Shown here in pieces: positions 24,253 to 38,819 of a DNA stretch of 64,000 nucleotides. A model generated the notes under the pieces. It had not been told where the DNA came from and made no database searches. It saw only the letters and a program-made list of their open reading frames with translations. Origin of the DNA: Neophaeotheca triangularis (taxonomy: Eukaryota); contig BAAIJX010000007.1 of the NCBI GenBank assembly GCA_054600435.1, positions 62,001-126,000 on the forward strand, written 5' to 3'. A program made the translations under genes and the position numbers. The stretch's first letter is position 1. Each line of letters opens with the position of its first letter.

Positions 24253-26559
24253 GCTTGTAGTACGGCCTATAAAGAGAGGAGGCGGGGATCTTACAGTTAA
24301 ACAAAAGCATGGAAATAAAGAACTAGGGGCTAGAAGACGGGATGCGGTAGCCTCGCAGTTAAATAGAAGAACGGAAACGAACGGCTAGGGGCCGGAGGCG
24401 TGTGAATGTTAACTAGTAAGGTTACTAGAGTGCTAGCGTAAGCATGTCTTACTCGGGTATATTAGGGTGGACTAAAGACTTAAGAAAAGAAATGAACGGA
24501 TAGATTTCTTGGTCTATTAGGCGGTGTTTAGCACGTGAAAGTAGAGAGCTGTTATCGGTTAGTAGGAATATAGTAAATGCGACTCGATTGCTCACTATCA
24601 TGTTATGCGACAACATGTCCTCTAGCCGGAGTCTCTCTCTATATTGTAGCGACGCTAACTCTATCCGTTCTCCTTAATACGTTCATCCTACTAGCCTTCG
24701 AGCAAGCTAGCGTCTACGCCGTAACGCGGACATAGGACACCCTAGAATTGCCTAGGCCCTAGTAGCTCATGCCTAGCGAAAGGGTAGGTGTATAGGTATT
24801 TAAGCTAATAGTGTCTGTGTAAGGTTACCGAGCATTCCGAGCATTACTAGGGGTTCTCGCCGATGTCGTAGAAATGTAAGCAAACTATATATTAAAGATA
24901 CAGTTCCGCATTGTCGCGCGCATGTATGTAGTCGTTTCTCTTAGTATTAGCGTGCTAGCTTTATACCACTCGGTTAGGTTACTATAACTCATGTCGGTAG
25001 CGTAATAGAGGGGGTGAAATCGACCTCGCTAGCGTTAGGACATCGCCTCCTACACGTGTTTCCCGAGGTATATTATATAGATTGTGATAGAGCGGTAGGG
25101 TATTATAGGGGCTACGAAGGTGCTCGAGGGTACGCGCTACGGCGTTATAGTCGGCGCCGTTTTCGAATAGGCCTATTCGGCGGGGTAGAGTCCTCTATCG
25201 AGATAACGTTAGATTTGCGCTAGATATATAATAGCAAAGCGAGGGAGCTTACCGATAAGATTCGCTAGTAATCTATAACATCGGTAAGGAGGCGCTAAGC
25301 GAAATCTTGTGTTGCTGTCCTAGCGTAGTCTTTATAGACAAGTAAGTTTGCGATGATCTCGACTATAGTAAGGGTATCGCGTATCGCGAGCAGATGTGAC
25401 CTTAGCGAGTTAAGACGGTTTAGGACCTAGAGGTAGGGATCTGCGGTGAGGTAGAAGCGATAACTTTAGTAAACGTACGTCCGAATCGCGAGACGGTTTA
25501 GCCAAGTGATCGCATAGCTAATATCGTCCTCTATACCTAGGTAAGGGTAGGAAGTCAAATCCTTCTAAGGCAGACATCGTGCTATAAATCGTGCGCTATA
25601 TGTCTTAGACACTTACTTTTTTAGGGGCTCTCGGTTAGTCTTTTATTAGACATTTGAACACCACTAGGGAGCAGGAAAAGGCGGTCTACATGTAATAACT
25701 AAGCGTTACGGTACACGCAACGGTTTAGTTCTAGCTTTCGGGGCGCTAGGGATCTCCTAACCGGGAACGTAAGAGACATCGTGTTCCCGTATATACGTCC
25801 GTAGTATGAAGAGGTAGAGGTGTTTAGGTAGGAAGGATGAAACGAAGTGTGAAGGACGTGATTTTCTATAAGCTAGTATCTACTAGAAAGCTTACTAAGT
25901 GTATAGAAGTGCACGTGCCTTCTAAGCTAGGTCATGTGATATTCACGTGTCTGTCCTACTCTTATTACACACGTACTATAACGTTAGGTAATGTCTTAAT
26001 AGAGTTGATTACCTAACCTAGTGGAAGTCGCGCGCTAGTACCTAGGTAGCTAGACCGAACCGTAATTTTCTAACCGTCTGTACTAGGAGGCCACTATTAT
26101 TAGGACCCCGGATTCGCTATTAACATGTTCAGATAACTTGAGCACCTAGGAAATGTAATGCCTACGTACAATGAGTAGAAGGTATGTAGAGCTCCGATAG
26201 TAGGTATTACCTACCGAATAATCGATACACTAACTTAGGGCACGATAGGTTTACCGTTTAGAGCGCTGTCTACTAAATACTAAAGGGTTCGGGTAAACGC
26301 AGCGATCCGCGTCGCTAAGAATGTGACGATAGCTTATCTCCTAATAGGGTCGGGCGCCGTATCTAAGCCTTCTACGAGCGGAACGGGCTAATGAAACGTG
26401 TAAGTTATTAATCTTAGCAGTATTGTATTCACCGGGTCCCGACGACACCTTATAGCGAAGGGCCTATTACCAAATTCTTGTGAGACTTTATCTAATAGCA
26501 TACAAACACCCGTCTTAACACTAACTAATCCTCGTATAGGAAACAAAACACTTTAAGCG

Positions 26560-27648
26560 TCTAGTAAAGGCTGTAAAAGGATTTGCAAGGCCCTCTTAGC
26601 TACTACATTAGCCCCCAAAGACATAGCTAGTTACTTAAGGCTAAGGGCGGATAAGCTGCTTGTAGCCCTCTTATACGCTCCTCCGGACTTAGAGAATTTG
26701 TTCTTTAGGCTGCCGACAGCGCTATTAGTAGAGGTTAGATGCGCTGCTACCGTGGCTTTACTTATAACTCCTCTATTAGAACATCGCCTAAGTATAACAG
26801 ACATCTAACACCGTAAATGCTATAAAGCACGTCGAGGTGCGTACTAAGGAGGCTCTATCTGTATATCTCTTTTAACATGTCGTCCGTCTTCACGGCGCCG
26901 CGTACGCTCTCGTACGCTTTCCCGAGAAGTGTATCTAGCTTAGGGATAATATCCTTCTACATCTATAGGCCGATTCTACCTTTGTATCTAGGCTTGAGCT
27001 TAGTCGTAACATAGCGGTAGTAAGCGAGGAAGCCGAGGTTTTGTCGGTAGACGTTAGTCTTTCCTTGCCGCATAACCTCGAGCACGTACGAGTACGTACT
27101 CATGTAGGAATCGATACCCGTAGTTTCGCCAACTCGCTTTAAAGATTCGCCGACCGGCCTATTTTCGGTAAGTAGCCCGTAGGCATCGTTTTCGCTTACG
27201 ATTACTTGTAGGTCTTGCGACAGGCTTAGCTCTTCTAATCTCTCTACTAACTCCTACCGTGAGCGGCGCGAAGGGCTCTCGCTAGTCCTCTACCTCTTCC
27301 TACCGCGCGCTACGCCGCCTTGTTTTTGCTTCGTAGGACTATCTTCGTCTTATGCGAAGTGTTCCTACACACGTTTTAACCCCCTTCTTGCGTTAGTATT
27401 AAGAGCCGTTCTATCTTCTACTAAAAGCGCCTCTAGATACTAGTCGAGGTACATTAGTCTAGCGCTGTCGGCTTCTAGGGAATCATGCTTACCTAGCCTT
27501 ATACTATAGCTATAAGCTACGCTAGTGGAGACTCTAACAGGTCGGTCGATTCGCTACTACTATCGCTAGCTGCTAAGTATACCGTTACCTCGGACTCTTT
27601 AGTCTCTAGTGGGGTCATCGGTATTAGTGTCGTTACCGCGGCTTGCAT
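26560..27648 (-). pseudogene. Intron-containing hypothetical protein, RIP-inactivated
   Basis: ATG at 27648, GTAAG intron, then ~240-codon frame (…ELVERLEELSLSQDLQVIVSENDAYGLL…HLDVLYSIYGVRCLLYL) with only TAG/TAA stops. Confidence 0.45.
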
Positions 27649-28124
27649 TTTCTCTATTGTGCTTACTAGGTTAATCGAAAGGATAGGGCCGGCCTTTCTT
27701 ATATCTCCCTCGTAACTCGAGTGCTAACCTCGTCTATCGACGTTTCGTCGAATCTATATGTGCGTAGAATAGAGCGCACGTAAGTGTCTAAAACGAGTCT
27801 CTGTTTTAACGGTAGAAGCTAGCGCGTAGACAATGTGAGCGTTGTCACGCTCCCCTTACACTTAGTACATTTCTAGCGCAGCACTACTATACGCATTGTC
27901 CCGAGTCCTTATGAGACTCGATACCTCGATTAGGTCTTACGTGTAGTAACACTAAACAAATCATGTCTCTACTTTGTCGAAGTTAGACTATGACTGTGCT
28001 TGTTCGTGACCGCATTACTACCTAAGCTATCGTAACTTGCTTTACCTCTAACTTCTAATTTCGAAGACTTTGAAATTTTACCCTAGTTTAAAAGACTTAA
28101 TCTCATATCTAACGAAGTCAAACT

Positions 28125-30090
28125 ATGCTCAAGCTACGGTCGATATCCGTAAGTAACGCGCCTACGATCTTATTAGACAGGAACATAGCTAACGTCGTCG
28201 ATAAGCTGCCCGTATTTCGACATATTCCGCGAGTCTTCGCGAGTATTATAGTAAACGTCTGCTTTCTAGCCTTAAGCCTATAGGTTGCCTAGGATGGGTT
28301 GTTTAGAGCTTCGTTATAAGCTTTAGCGTCCCTAGAAGAATGGCGATACCTAGAGTCGCTTTATTTAGTCTATATCGTAACGGCATGTTTATAGCTAGTC
28401 GTAGCCATAATGTTACTATAGTAGCGCACGTAACATTGTTAGAGAATATATCGGTTAGTCTACAGCCTAGGATTGTGGGATGACTGTTATGCTAACCATT
28501 TATTCTAAGCGGGCAAAGTCCTCTACCTCTAGCGACGCTTTTACGCTATGCTTTCGCGATCTTCGATAGCTTTGCGCCAGACTATCTCACATTTAGGAAC
28601 TGCGAGCGTAGCTAAGGCGTCGCGATTCGCACTTAATCGGTACGGACTGCCGCTTAAGTAGCGTAAGTGTGCCATGAAACAGCAGCCGCGGCGGTAGAGT
28701 CTTATAGGAGTAATGCTTAGTACCTAAATACACTAAGTAAGGCGCGTATACCGGCTCGGATTCCTAATGGTATGTCGTATTCCTAATGCCACGTAGACAA
28801 CTCGACATTCGGACGAGACCGACCTAATCTACGGCGCGCTCGTCGGTATAGTAGTGGCGATGTTTAGTATAGGCGCGTAGGCCTAAACGCTCCTAACGAG
28901 TAGCTCTTCGCATTCGCTAGCAGTTCGTAAGCACATGTTAGGTCTCGCATACCGGAGTTAACTAATAGTAATTTTGGTGTGCTAGCATTACTATAGGCGT
29001 CTAAATCTAAGTAGAAACATAGAGCGAAAACCCTAAGATCCGAGCTAGTCGATAAGAGAAGCCGTGGCGAGAAAGAAAGGGTAGAGCGAGATAGGGTAAT
29101 TCTTCATTTACGTCGGGAGCTCGATTAGCTTAAAGACGACTATAATAACTAGGAGCTTCGGTTCTCGAGGACTTAGGCGGCTCCGAATAGACGTCTTCGT
29201 AAGGATTTAGAAAGGGCTCGAAGGGACTACGATTACGAAGTCCGAGAGCGAACAGAGCTCGCCTAGAGCCTCTCTATACACTAAAAGAGCATAAGATCGA
29301 TAATGTAGCTTTCTAAACAGGAGTCAGCTCGGATTTCAAAGGTACTTGACTAAAGCGACAAAAATCAATGTTAAGGAGGCTTCTAGACAGGTAGGCTATC
29401 TTGCGAGCCTCTCGTTAGATACCGCGCTTACAGGCATATTCGACGTTTACTATTCGAGCCCGCCTAGGATTACTTGGAAATAGGCACCTAACTAGTATCG
29501 GGTATCGATTCGTGAACACCTCTTAAGGTCCTCGTAGAAGTAATGTATCGCGCGTCAACCTATGCCGTACGGCCGATCCCGGCTCGTAATAAGCTAGCGG
29601 TTACAATATCCGGTGCTTCGCGAATTCACGAACTAGTATAGTATCGGCCCGCCAAGGATAACAAGGTCTATAGGAGCAACATTGCGCGAGCGAACCTATA
29701 CTAGTACCGGTTCGCAAAGAGCCGCCTTGCCTTACGAATCAAGAAGCTCTTATGAAAAGAAGGGATCGCAAGCTAACCGGTACCGGTACCGGTTCGCGAG
29801 TAGCCAGCGTTTCCTTTAAGCTCTAATAGAAGCGACGTATCGTAAACCGACCTATACTAGTATAGAATCCCGAGTAACTAGCGTTTCTAGAGAACTCGAG
29901 CGACGGCGCCAACGAGTAGTTCGCAGTCACTAAGGACAGACGTAGGCCGTATAGGTTTACTAGTCTTCGGGCCTAGTCGACTGTTTAACGCGCCTCGTAG
30001 AACGGCCACTACGCGGACTCGTGCAATAGACTTCATTTCTACCGGGGCATGTTCTATTATGTACGTAAGGCGAGATTAAAACAATTAATT
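28125..30090 (+). pseudogene. Membrane-anchored coiled-coil protein, RIP-inactivated
   Basis: Two N-terminal hydrophobic segments, an intron near 28453, then heptad-like ILHLRRELD*LKDDY…LRKDLERARRDYDYEVRER. Confidence 0.4.
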
Positions 30091-31479
30091 TAAAAGAAGA
30101 GCTAACTACTAGCTATCCTAATTAAGAACAGATAGATGTGTGCTCTTAGCATACATGCCTTAGGCATAAGTCGCCTCCTACGTTTTAGGAGCATCCTACG
30201 TATAGACCCCCTATCGTCACGACCTAAATGACTAGGTAGGTAGGTAGTGTTAGGGGAGGGTCTAGAGTAGACTTGCAATTGTGAACCGAAAACCCACATT
30301 CGCATACTATAGCTCGCATAACAGAGCAACGGCTACACGCTTTACATTAGCTATAGCTAGGTTCTAGTCTCACATCGTCACATGGCGAGCGGCGAAACAT
30401 GCTTCTATGACAACGCGGCATAAATATCTATCGAATGGAATATACCCGGTCTTTATTACAACCTAACCGATACTCTTCGCAATACTCACTTCTACTCGCT
30501 ACCACTAAATAAACCTACGCGTGGCGAGTAAAATTCATCTCTAACGATAGGGCCTTGCTATATTTGCCGCAGATGCCTACCGCGACCTAATGGCTCTTAA
30601 TAGCGGCGGCGACGCTCGCTAATTTGTTCGTTTTCGGCCCGTTAATCGTTTTGCTATCTAAGGCCTTTGTCGTCTACATAGTAGCGCCGATCTTGAGCTA
30701 ACACGAAGCTATCCTCGTTTTACACTACATACGCATGTCGAGCTTTGGCTTTAGTGTAGCTATTACGGTGTAGTTGCTTGTTAAGTAGGGCCTTGTCCTA
30801 CGTCGTAGATATTAACACCTATAGACGGATGGTTATAAGGACGACGGCATGGCTACGTTCAGATTTCAGAAATGAAGCACTTTGTGACCCGTTCGAAGCG
30901 ATCGAGTCGTACTATCGCACGATCGACTTGCCGACGATACCCGCCCCTAACCGCGATACTTTTACTAAGCTCACGAACTATCCTATCTAACCTCGAAGAT
31001 CCTCCTCTACGCTACTATCGATACTGTCACGAAGCTCACGAACCATTATGTCTAACTTCTAAGATCCTCCTCGCTACTATCGGCTTTAGCGAATAGTCGG
31101 TATCGAACTAATAGTCTAACACGGACCGAAACAAGCATCGACGTAATACGGTCGTAAAGATCGGTCGACCGTCGGTTAATAGAGCAGTTATGGGTAGGAA
31201 CGAGGACCCTAGGGCCAAATCTGCTATTTAGCACTTCGATCTTTTACGTGCTATCTATTAGAACACGTGATCACGAAGGCATCCGGATTGGTGTCTAGTG
31301 CTAGGTAGAAGGTCAATTTGTCACGCGTACTTCGGCATTATAGAAGTAGGTATTATCATATTATGCGACTAAAATATCATATATGGCCTTTAGTAGCAAA
31401 ACGGCATACGCGCTATCGCTTCTCCCCTCTACATAGGTGCCCGATTAAGGCTTACTGTTCCTACCGGCCTAATAATACC

Positions 31480-32485
31480 GAGTGATTATTTTCTACTTCT
31501 TAGAACTACCTTTCTTATTCTTCTCCTCTTTGTCTCCTTTTCGTTTCTAAACGCGTTTCGCTAGAGTACTAGCTTTAGGGGCATCTTTTGTACTAGATCC
31601 CGGGTCTTCTACGCTCTCTAACGACATAGGTCCGGATACGTTAGCGCCCGCCCGAGCTTCGTCGAGGTTTAAGAGCTAAGCAATCGGGTCTTTATGCGAT
31701 CTAGCGACGGCGAGCTGTAGTTTCACTTGTATTATGTGTTAGCATGCTTCTAAGACTATACCTTTAACTAGAATTACCTAAAGTAGCACGCAAGTAGAAA
31801 AGTAGGTTACGCCTAACCGCCTAAGGAGTAGATTTGTCCGGAGTTTTGCCTTATAGCTAAAAGTCGATATGGGCACGCTGTCTCTATACGGAAGAAAGCA
31901 CCGTGGATTTTAGTAGCTTGCTACGAGCGCGTTCGAATGGCGCGGCTAACGGAGTTTAGAGTAATCGCGACTTTATAGTCTACTCCTAGTCTAGTACTAC
32001 GCTAGTGCGATCGTTAGACTAGTCTACTTAGATTAGAATCGCGACTCGTAGATAAGCGCTACTAGGTACGTATAGTCTATAAGCGCCTACGCCTACGACA
32101 CTTAGCGATCGGCTTCCTTAACGCCTTCGAACTAATACTAGTCTATCTAACGGCGCTAGGCTACTACGTAGAAACCCGCTACTAAGGGCGCTTTCCTAGA
32201 AGTTGTTACGGTACTGTTAGCGTTCTACCTCTACACGACCGACTTAAGAGCTACGAGGTAGACCGCTTCCCGTTACGAAGAGCTAGCGCTATCCCGCTTA
32301 AACTAAGATAATATAACCTCCGAGGCAACGGGGTCACGAGTAGCGCCGTAAAGGAATTTAAGTTCTATATAGGAGGGAGCGTCCTTATAGTCAATTTCGG
32401 AAAGTATCCTGGCCATAACTTCTCCTATTAAAGACGACATAGAGGGGAGAGTGTAAGTAGCGGGCAAAGAACTATAGTTCGACAC
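31480..32485 (-). pseudogene. Hypothetical protein with basic C-terminus, RIP-inactivated
   Basis: Frame of ORF 32303-32485 continues through TAG/TAA stops to a probable intron near 31776; K-rich tail (KRKGDKEEKNKK). Confidence 0.35.
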
Positions 32486-32539
32486 TAACTATATAGGATG
32501 CTATAATAGCCCTCGCGTGTCATAAGGTGTTGTTTCGTA

Positions 32540-35500
32540 CTCTTTAACAATGTACAGCGTTTCGACATAGGGACAACGCCTCTTTAGCGGACTAGACAGC
32601 TAGCGCGTCGTTGCTTTAAGTGTCATCCTTACTTAAGGGGTCCGCTACCTTCTTCGAGCTATCGCGCCTACGCGTTACTTTTCTATAACTGTTAGTAGTG
32701 ATTAATCATTAGTGGAGACGTGTGAGGTAACTAACCTCCGAAATCCTAAGCCGCTTAGTGAACTTTATAGAGCGTTGTCCGATACTCACGTCTTAGGAAA
32801 GGCTTACTAATAGTACTACTCTATAGATTTACTACGCTTATAGGCCCGTCACGATCGCTATATAGAAGATCGAAAAGGTTAGTGTAGATAGAATCCGTGC
32901 TAATAATGTACCGTAATGGATTAATCGTCTTATCTACGATAAAGGGTAAGCCTTTAGTGACGGCCTTAACGTTAACAGTATTAGTCCTAGAGAACTAAAG
33001 GGGCTCGGCAGATTCCTGCCTAAGAGACAAAGGTTTTCGGAAAAAGGATTTTGGTCGATCTTTGCATGCGATAGGCTGCCTCGGTAGTCTATCGTGAATA
33101 GCGGTGTAGCCCGAAGGAAGGAAGAGGTAGGAATCTGCGAGCTACAACGACTAGGCCATTTTAGCTTTATATGTGCTACTAAGCAGTACGAAGCGGGAGT
33201 CGGGCAAAGGAACCGTCTAGTAGGCCTTACGCATATAAATCGGATAAGTGTAGCGCCCCCTACTAGCTATAGACAAATCCATGAAGCGGAGGACAACGTA
33301 TTCGGTATCGGCGAGATAGGAAGAGTATACTTAGACCGGTAAAGCTCCATTTGCGCAAAATTTGATGCGCGCTTCGTGGCTCTAGCTATACTTCACGACA
33401 ACGTGATTACTATAGCCGTAGCCTCTATCTAGCGGGTAGCAGATTAGCGGCAATTCTAGCGTGTAAAACCGAAAGTTTAGGTCGTAGTACACCTAGGGTA
33501 GGGACTTCGAGTAGAATGTTCGGCCGATGTCCTACTTTAATTAGTTAAAGTCGGGCTAGCGGAGTTCATCTAGTCGTGTGAAGCTAGACTTAATAGCGAT
33601 CTCTATGTCGGTACTACTAGCTATAGTAGCTATAGCGATGCTGTCCACTTTAGCGAATGCCGCCCTAGCGTGCGACTAGACGTACTATAGCATACGCTAC
33701 ATCTACTCTCTACTAGGGCTAAACGTATGACTGTCGAAAGACGCCTAGTCTAGACGTCCCGTTTTGGATTCGGACCACGCTTCGTTAATGTCGTCGCGGC
33801 TAAAGCACACTAAAAGGCCGTCTAGGAACTAAATTATAAGAATGTGCTATTAACGGCCTAGGGCGAAAGGCGAACGTAAGCTAGTTTCCATATTTCCGCC
33901 GCGCTAGAGATACTTAACTTTAACACGAAGAGCCTCGTCACATCTAGGTATCGCGAGTAAAAAGTCACACTAAAGAGGCTAAAGAGGATTCTGCATAACG
34001 CGGTAGCCTAAGGTAGAGAGGTCGTCCTAGAGCTTTAGCATGTATTTAATTAATGTGCCTAGCCTTACGTTACCTTCCGGCCAGATCGCTACTATCTTCT
34101 ACTTCGAAGGGTAGAAGCCCTATAAGACGACCTTCGTCGTCGGGTTAACATACGGCGAGTTAGCGGTAGCCTCTAATAAGCGGTTCGCGGCTGTAGCGAC
34201 GTCTTTCTATTTAACTATAAAGGCCTATGCCCACGTTAGGATGTTTAAGATAAGTGGCTAGATTCCGCTCGACTAATCTGTGCTAGCGTCGAAGACGTGC
34301 TTTAGCACTATAGCGATATGACTACGAACGTTCTCGAAGCCGATGAAGTACACCTTAGCCTATTCTTTCTACTAGCTATATCCCGAAACGAAGGCGAAGT
34401 CTTCCTCTTTTAGCCCGCTAGGTAATAGAGAAAGATACTTGACGTTATATAGTAGGAATCTAACAGCGGAATTTTTCATTTTGGACTTTTTATTAGCCCA
34501 TTCGAGCTTCTTACCGTCGGAGAAGTCTTCGAGGCCTCGATCGGCTTCCGTGTTAGGGTTATATACGAGGACGAAGTCGACTAGGGCGGATTCGTAAGCT
34601 ATCGTAGTGGTTAGTTTGCCGCTCGGCGGAGTAAGTAGAATCGCCGTACGAATAGCGGATAAGGTTAATTCCGGCCTACTAGAGCATCCATACAATCTCG
34701 TCTTTAGCTAGATACCCTAAGCAGGTGTAGTGGTAAGGGGGCTTCATTATGTATCGTATCCCCCTCCCTAGTGTATCGAAGTCTAGCTTAGTGTTATGAA
34801 TTCGATGTGCTATTGTGACTACTAATGTAAGCCTGTCTTGGGTAGAAGAGTAGTCGGACATCATTCTGCTTTACAAGTATACCTAGTAAATAATGTAGTA
34901 GGAAATGCTCGCTTAATTATATAGCTAGCCGAAGAGGTAATATAAGCACGGTAGGGCTTGCCGAGCCTATCGTATAGGCGCTACCTACATCGGAGCGGCG
35001 TAGGAGGAATAGAAGGCGACTTAGGAGGCGGAGTGTAGGTATAAGCAAGTAAGTACCTAAGTCCTCTAAATCTACGATACCGGTACTACTCTTACTAACC
35101 CGGACAAAAGAGATCGTAATACTCGCCCTATAGCGCGGTAGATTAGCTAGCTAATGCAAGGCTTTAGAGTCTCTCGTGGAGTACTGCCTCGAGAGGGCGA
35201 CTAGGCTCGCTTTTTATGTGCCTCGCGTCAGCCCACGCTATATATCTAGTCGACGATTCTAGAAACACCTAGTTGATTCGCCTAAACTTTGTTAAAGCCT
35301 CGTGGACGTTCTATACAAGGACCGGTCCCTTAAGCGAGCCTTGTAGATTAGTAAGTAGCTAGGTATAAAGGGTCAATTCACGCCTACTAGCTACTTGCCC
35401 GGCCCGCTTTAAGGTCGTAGGCCTCTCCTTACAAGCAAGTATATCGCCTATAGTTGTAAGGAGGAGTTTTCCGCCTAGCTATAGTAGGATTAGTGTCTTA

Positions 35501-36600
35501 GCGACAAATTCAGACCTCCCGGGCTTATTATCCTTTAGCCGAAACTCGAAGGATACAACTCCGTTATTATAGCGCGTAAATAGTATTAGGAAACGCAGGC
35601 GTAGAGCGGGCATAGCGGCGCTAAGTGAGATTAGTAGACGGGAATTTTAGGGTTTCATTCTTAGATACATACCTGCTCTAGTGCTAGCCTTACGTCAGGG
35701 CGCTAACCCGTAGACGTTATATAGGCGTGTAATTTCCGTACTCGTACTTCTATAGGGCTTGCCATTCGATATCCGCGAAGAATATTAGGAGATCTACTAC
35801 TACATCCGCAGCCCTCCCTGTTCCCCTCTCGTAAAGGCTTTATAGTGGCTAGCTATATTACACATGTCCTATGTCCTGCTTTTAGCGCCTTTAATTAAAT
35901 AGTCTATAGGAGGCCATGCCTACTTACCCTTTAGCCTAGGCGTCGAGCGAATGTAATCGTTAAGGGCTAAGCTAACAAGCCCTTCGAGGGACGCCCTAGC
36001 GCGATTTCTCCTAGTGAATCCTTAGACGAACGTGCTAAAGAAGGTTTCGAGTAGCCACTAGAGGTCCGCGAAGGAAGTCTCGGCTCCAAGAGCGGGGAGT
36101 ATCGCAATGCCCGAATCGTTACTCGCCCTTATCAAAACTATAGCTTGTACTACTATAAGTAGGATCTTAGGGTTCTTCTTCTTCTTCTTCTTCTTCTTCT
36201 TTCCCTAACTTACACTCCCTAGCTCTACCTTAGGGTCCTACTTATCGGAAATGTTATCTACTACGTCTCTATCGTTCGCTAGGCCTCTACTAGTCTTCTC
36301 GTTAGACTACTCTCCTTTACCTACTATAGTTAGCTTCGTAGACGTGCTTAGGAGAGTTAGTTGTTCTAGTATGTAGCGGAAAGTATGTAATACTAATCGA
36401 CCGCTAGAGTATACTATTTTAAAGACACTATAGTAATGTTTGTAGCCTTCTTTCTTACGCGTTTAAGTCTATTATGTCTTAAGGAGATAAAGACCTGCCG
36501 TTCGATCTTAGCTACCTACATCTTCTAGGTCAGCTTGATTTCACTTATACTACCCTCCGTTTTAAGGGGGCCGCGCGGTCGCGTCTAATGGTTACTATAC
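32540..36600 (-). pseudogene. Large multi-exon protein with PD-(D/E)XK-like nuclease motifs (paralog 1)
   Basis: Long exon ~34860-32738 with LGYLAKDEIVWML, LGYRVMQNPL*PL*CDFLLAIPRCDEALRVKVK (D…ExK after RIP reversion, ~34010-33914) and GYGYSNHVVVKYS*SHEA; upstream exons include a poly-Lys run encoded by (AAG)n. Confidence 0.55.
36173..36200. repeat. (TTC)n microsatellite
   Basis: About 9 TTC units; reads as poly-Lys on the minus strand. Confidence 0.9.
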
Positions 36601-38819
36601 TAGGTGCCTATATATACATCATCTAAGATGCTCCTACGTGTGTAACTAACTAGGTAATGAGTGCAGGTAGTAATAGAGGTATACTACCTAGAAGGTACCT
36701 AGATACCTAAACCGACGTACTTATTAGAATTAGGTACCGACGTTACCGAGGCATACCTTATGTAGAGCCCCCGTCACTACCCGCGTGTCGTAACACGCTA
36801 AACACCTCATGCGTGAATACTCGGTCACGTGCTTCACGACTCGGCTAGGGCCGATTGTTTTTTGGCTTTAAGAAAACTGCTGACTAGCAAATCTTGTCAG
36901 CAATTTTAAAAGGATCTGCTAGTCGGCATGTCTTTAGAGTGAGCGCGTACGGTAGAATGGAAGGCTCTATAGGACCTCTATAGCCACTCATGTAATAAAG
37001 AATTAGCCGTAACCCGTGTTGCCGTGGTAGTAGCTACCTATAGTCGTCTACCGTAGAAGATTAGCTATTACCGCTCGATGTAGTATAGTGTATGTACTAG
37101 TTAATCGTTGTCCTTATAGACAGACGTCGCCTAGTAGTAAGATATGGCTTTTCGAAGGACCTTAAAGTACGGAACTACGTACCGACGGCTATAACCGAGA
37201 CTACTACTACCTCCGTGGTACGGCTAGAGAAAGGGAAGTAAAAAGGAATCGCGCTACGTTCTATTAAAACCCCCTAGGCAGCTTACAACCTTGCATAATA
37301 ATAACCGTAGACCCGCCGACCCCTTTAAACGCAACCCGCCTTATCTATAGAGGAAATACACTATATTGCCCGAACCCGACTATTGCAGCCTATAGGCTAG
37401 ATATCTCGAACCCCTACACCCCTACCCGGGCCTACTCTCACATGTTTCCACGGCGCTAAATCACCCGCAAGTACTAAACAAATAGCCTAACTGTAACGAG
37501 CCACACTAATTTGATTATGGCAATAATCGTTACTATCTAGTTATAAGTAAACCCTAGCAATACTACTACAATCGTTATGACAAGGAAGGTCGTAAGCTCC
37601 TCGTTAATAGCTAGGGAAGCCGTAGAATAGAAGAAGACCAAAAAGTGAAGAATAGATTACCCGATAAGCTTCCCGAACAGCACGGTCAAAGAACTAGTTT
37701 TGATGAGTTTTCTAATAGTTAGGATATGCTTTAAGGCGAAAAGCTTGATCGACATAGCGTTTATAGCATGCTAAAAGAGGTAGGCGGCCTAGGTAGCAAA
37801 GTCCTACAGTTTAAGGTCGAATACGTAGATGTAACCGCAGCCTAAGCCGGTAATGGCTACGATAGAGAGGATAGCGAAGGACAATATCTTGAAGGGGTTG
37901 ATTAGAAGATGCTAGGACAAAGTTTGCTGATTTAATCGGTTTAATTAGGTCGGAGGCCTTAAGGGTTCCCTAGTACGAGGCGGTTTTGCGTAGGTAGGAA
38001 GTTTGTAAGTTAGAAGTAAGCTGTCGACAGGCTATGTTAAACGGAGTTAAGTGCTTAGGATTAATGGTATAAGGCAATTGTGTGTAGGAAGATCTTGATT
38101 ATAGCGGGCTTAAGTTTATAGGCGTCCGGTAACATCCTATATAGCTATAAATCATGTACATAAGGAGGGCCCGGGACAAGGTCGCAATACACTAGAACCG
38201 TTTCGCTAAGCCGAGCCAGACTTCCCCTTAGATTCTTGTCTAGAACAGGAACAGTGCATTTTCGTAGGCGAGACACTTAAGAAAGACACAAGGCTAAATC
38301 TAGCCGCCTAGAGAGTTTCCGTGCTAGCTCTACACGAGGAACCCTCCCCGACTTCGAGACGATCTTAGGCTGCTATGGTTTAAGGAAGACTTTTACGTCG
38401 ATACATGTTCTATAAGTGCGGTATACTCTCTACTTTATTGTAAGTTAGTAAGTGACAAGCCATTATACGAACCTATCCTATCACTCCTAGCTAGTCCCCC
38501 TAATTAAGAGCTAGCTATAGTAAGATTATTCTACTTATAATAGTTACATCTTGTAAACGGCTTAGTGTGCAAGAAGCGGTAGACTGAGCACCATCCGTCA
38601 TTTTGCTTACCTTCGTAGGAAGGCTTCCTAGCTATTAACCGAGAGAAGTCTCACTACCTATTAGCCCTAGTTTTAAGCCTGCCGCTTCCTAGGGGCTAGT
38701 ACTCGCGTTCTTACTACGCTACTAAGAGGTATTGTCAGAACATGAAGTTCACTTAATTACGATCCCTCCCTAATCGTTTAACATTCGGACGCTCGTAACA
38801 CGTCGACCCTCGTCCGAAA

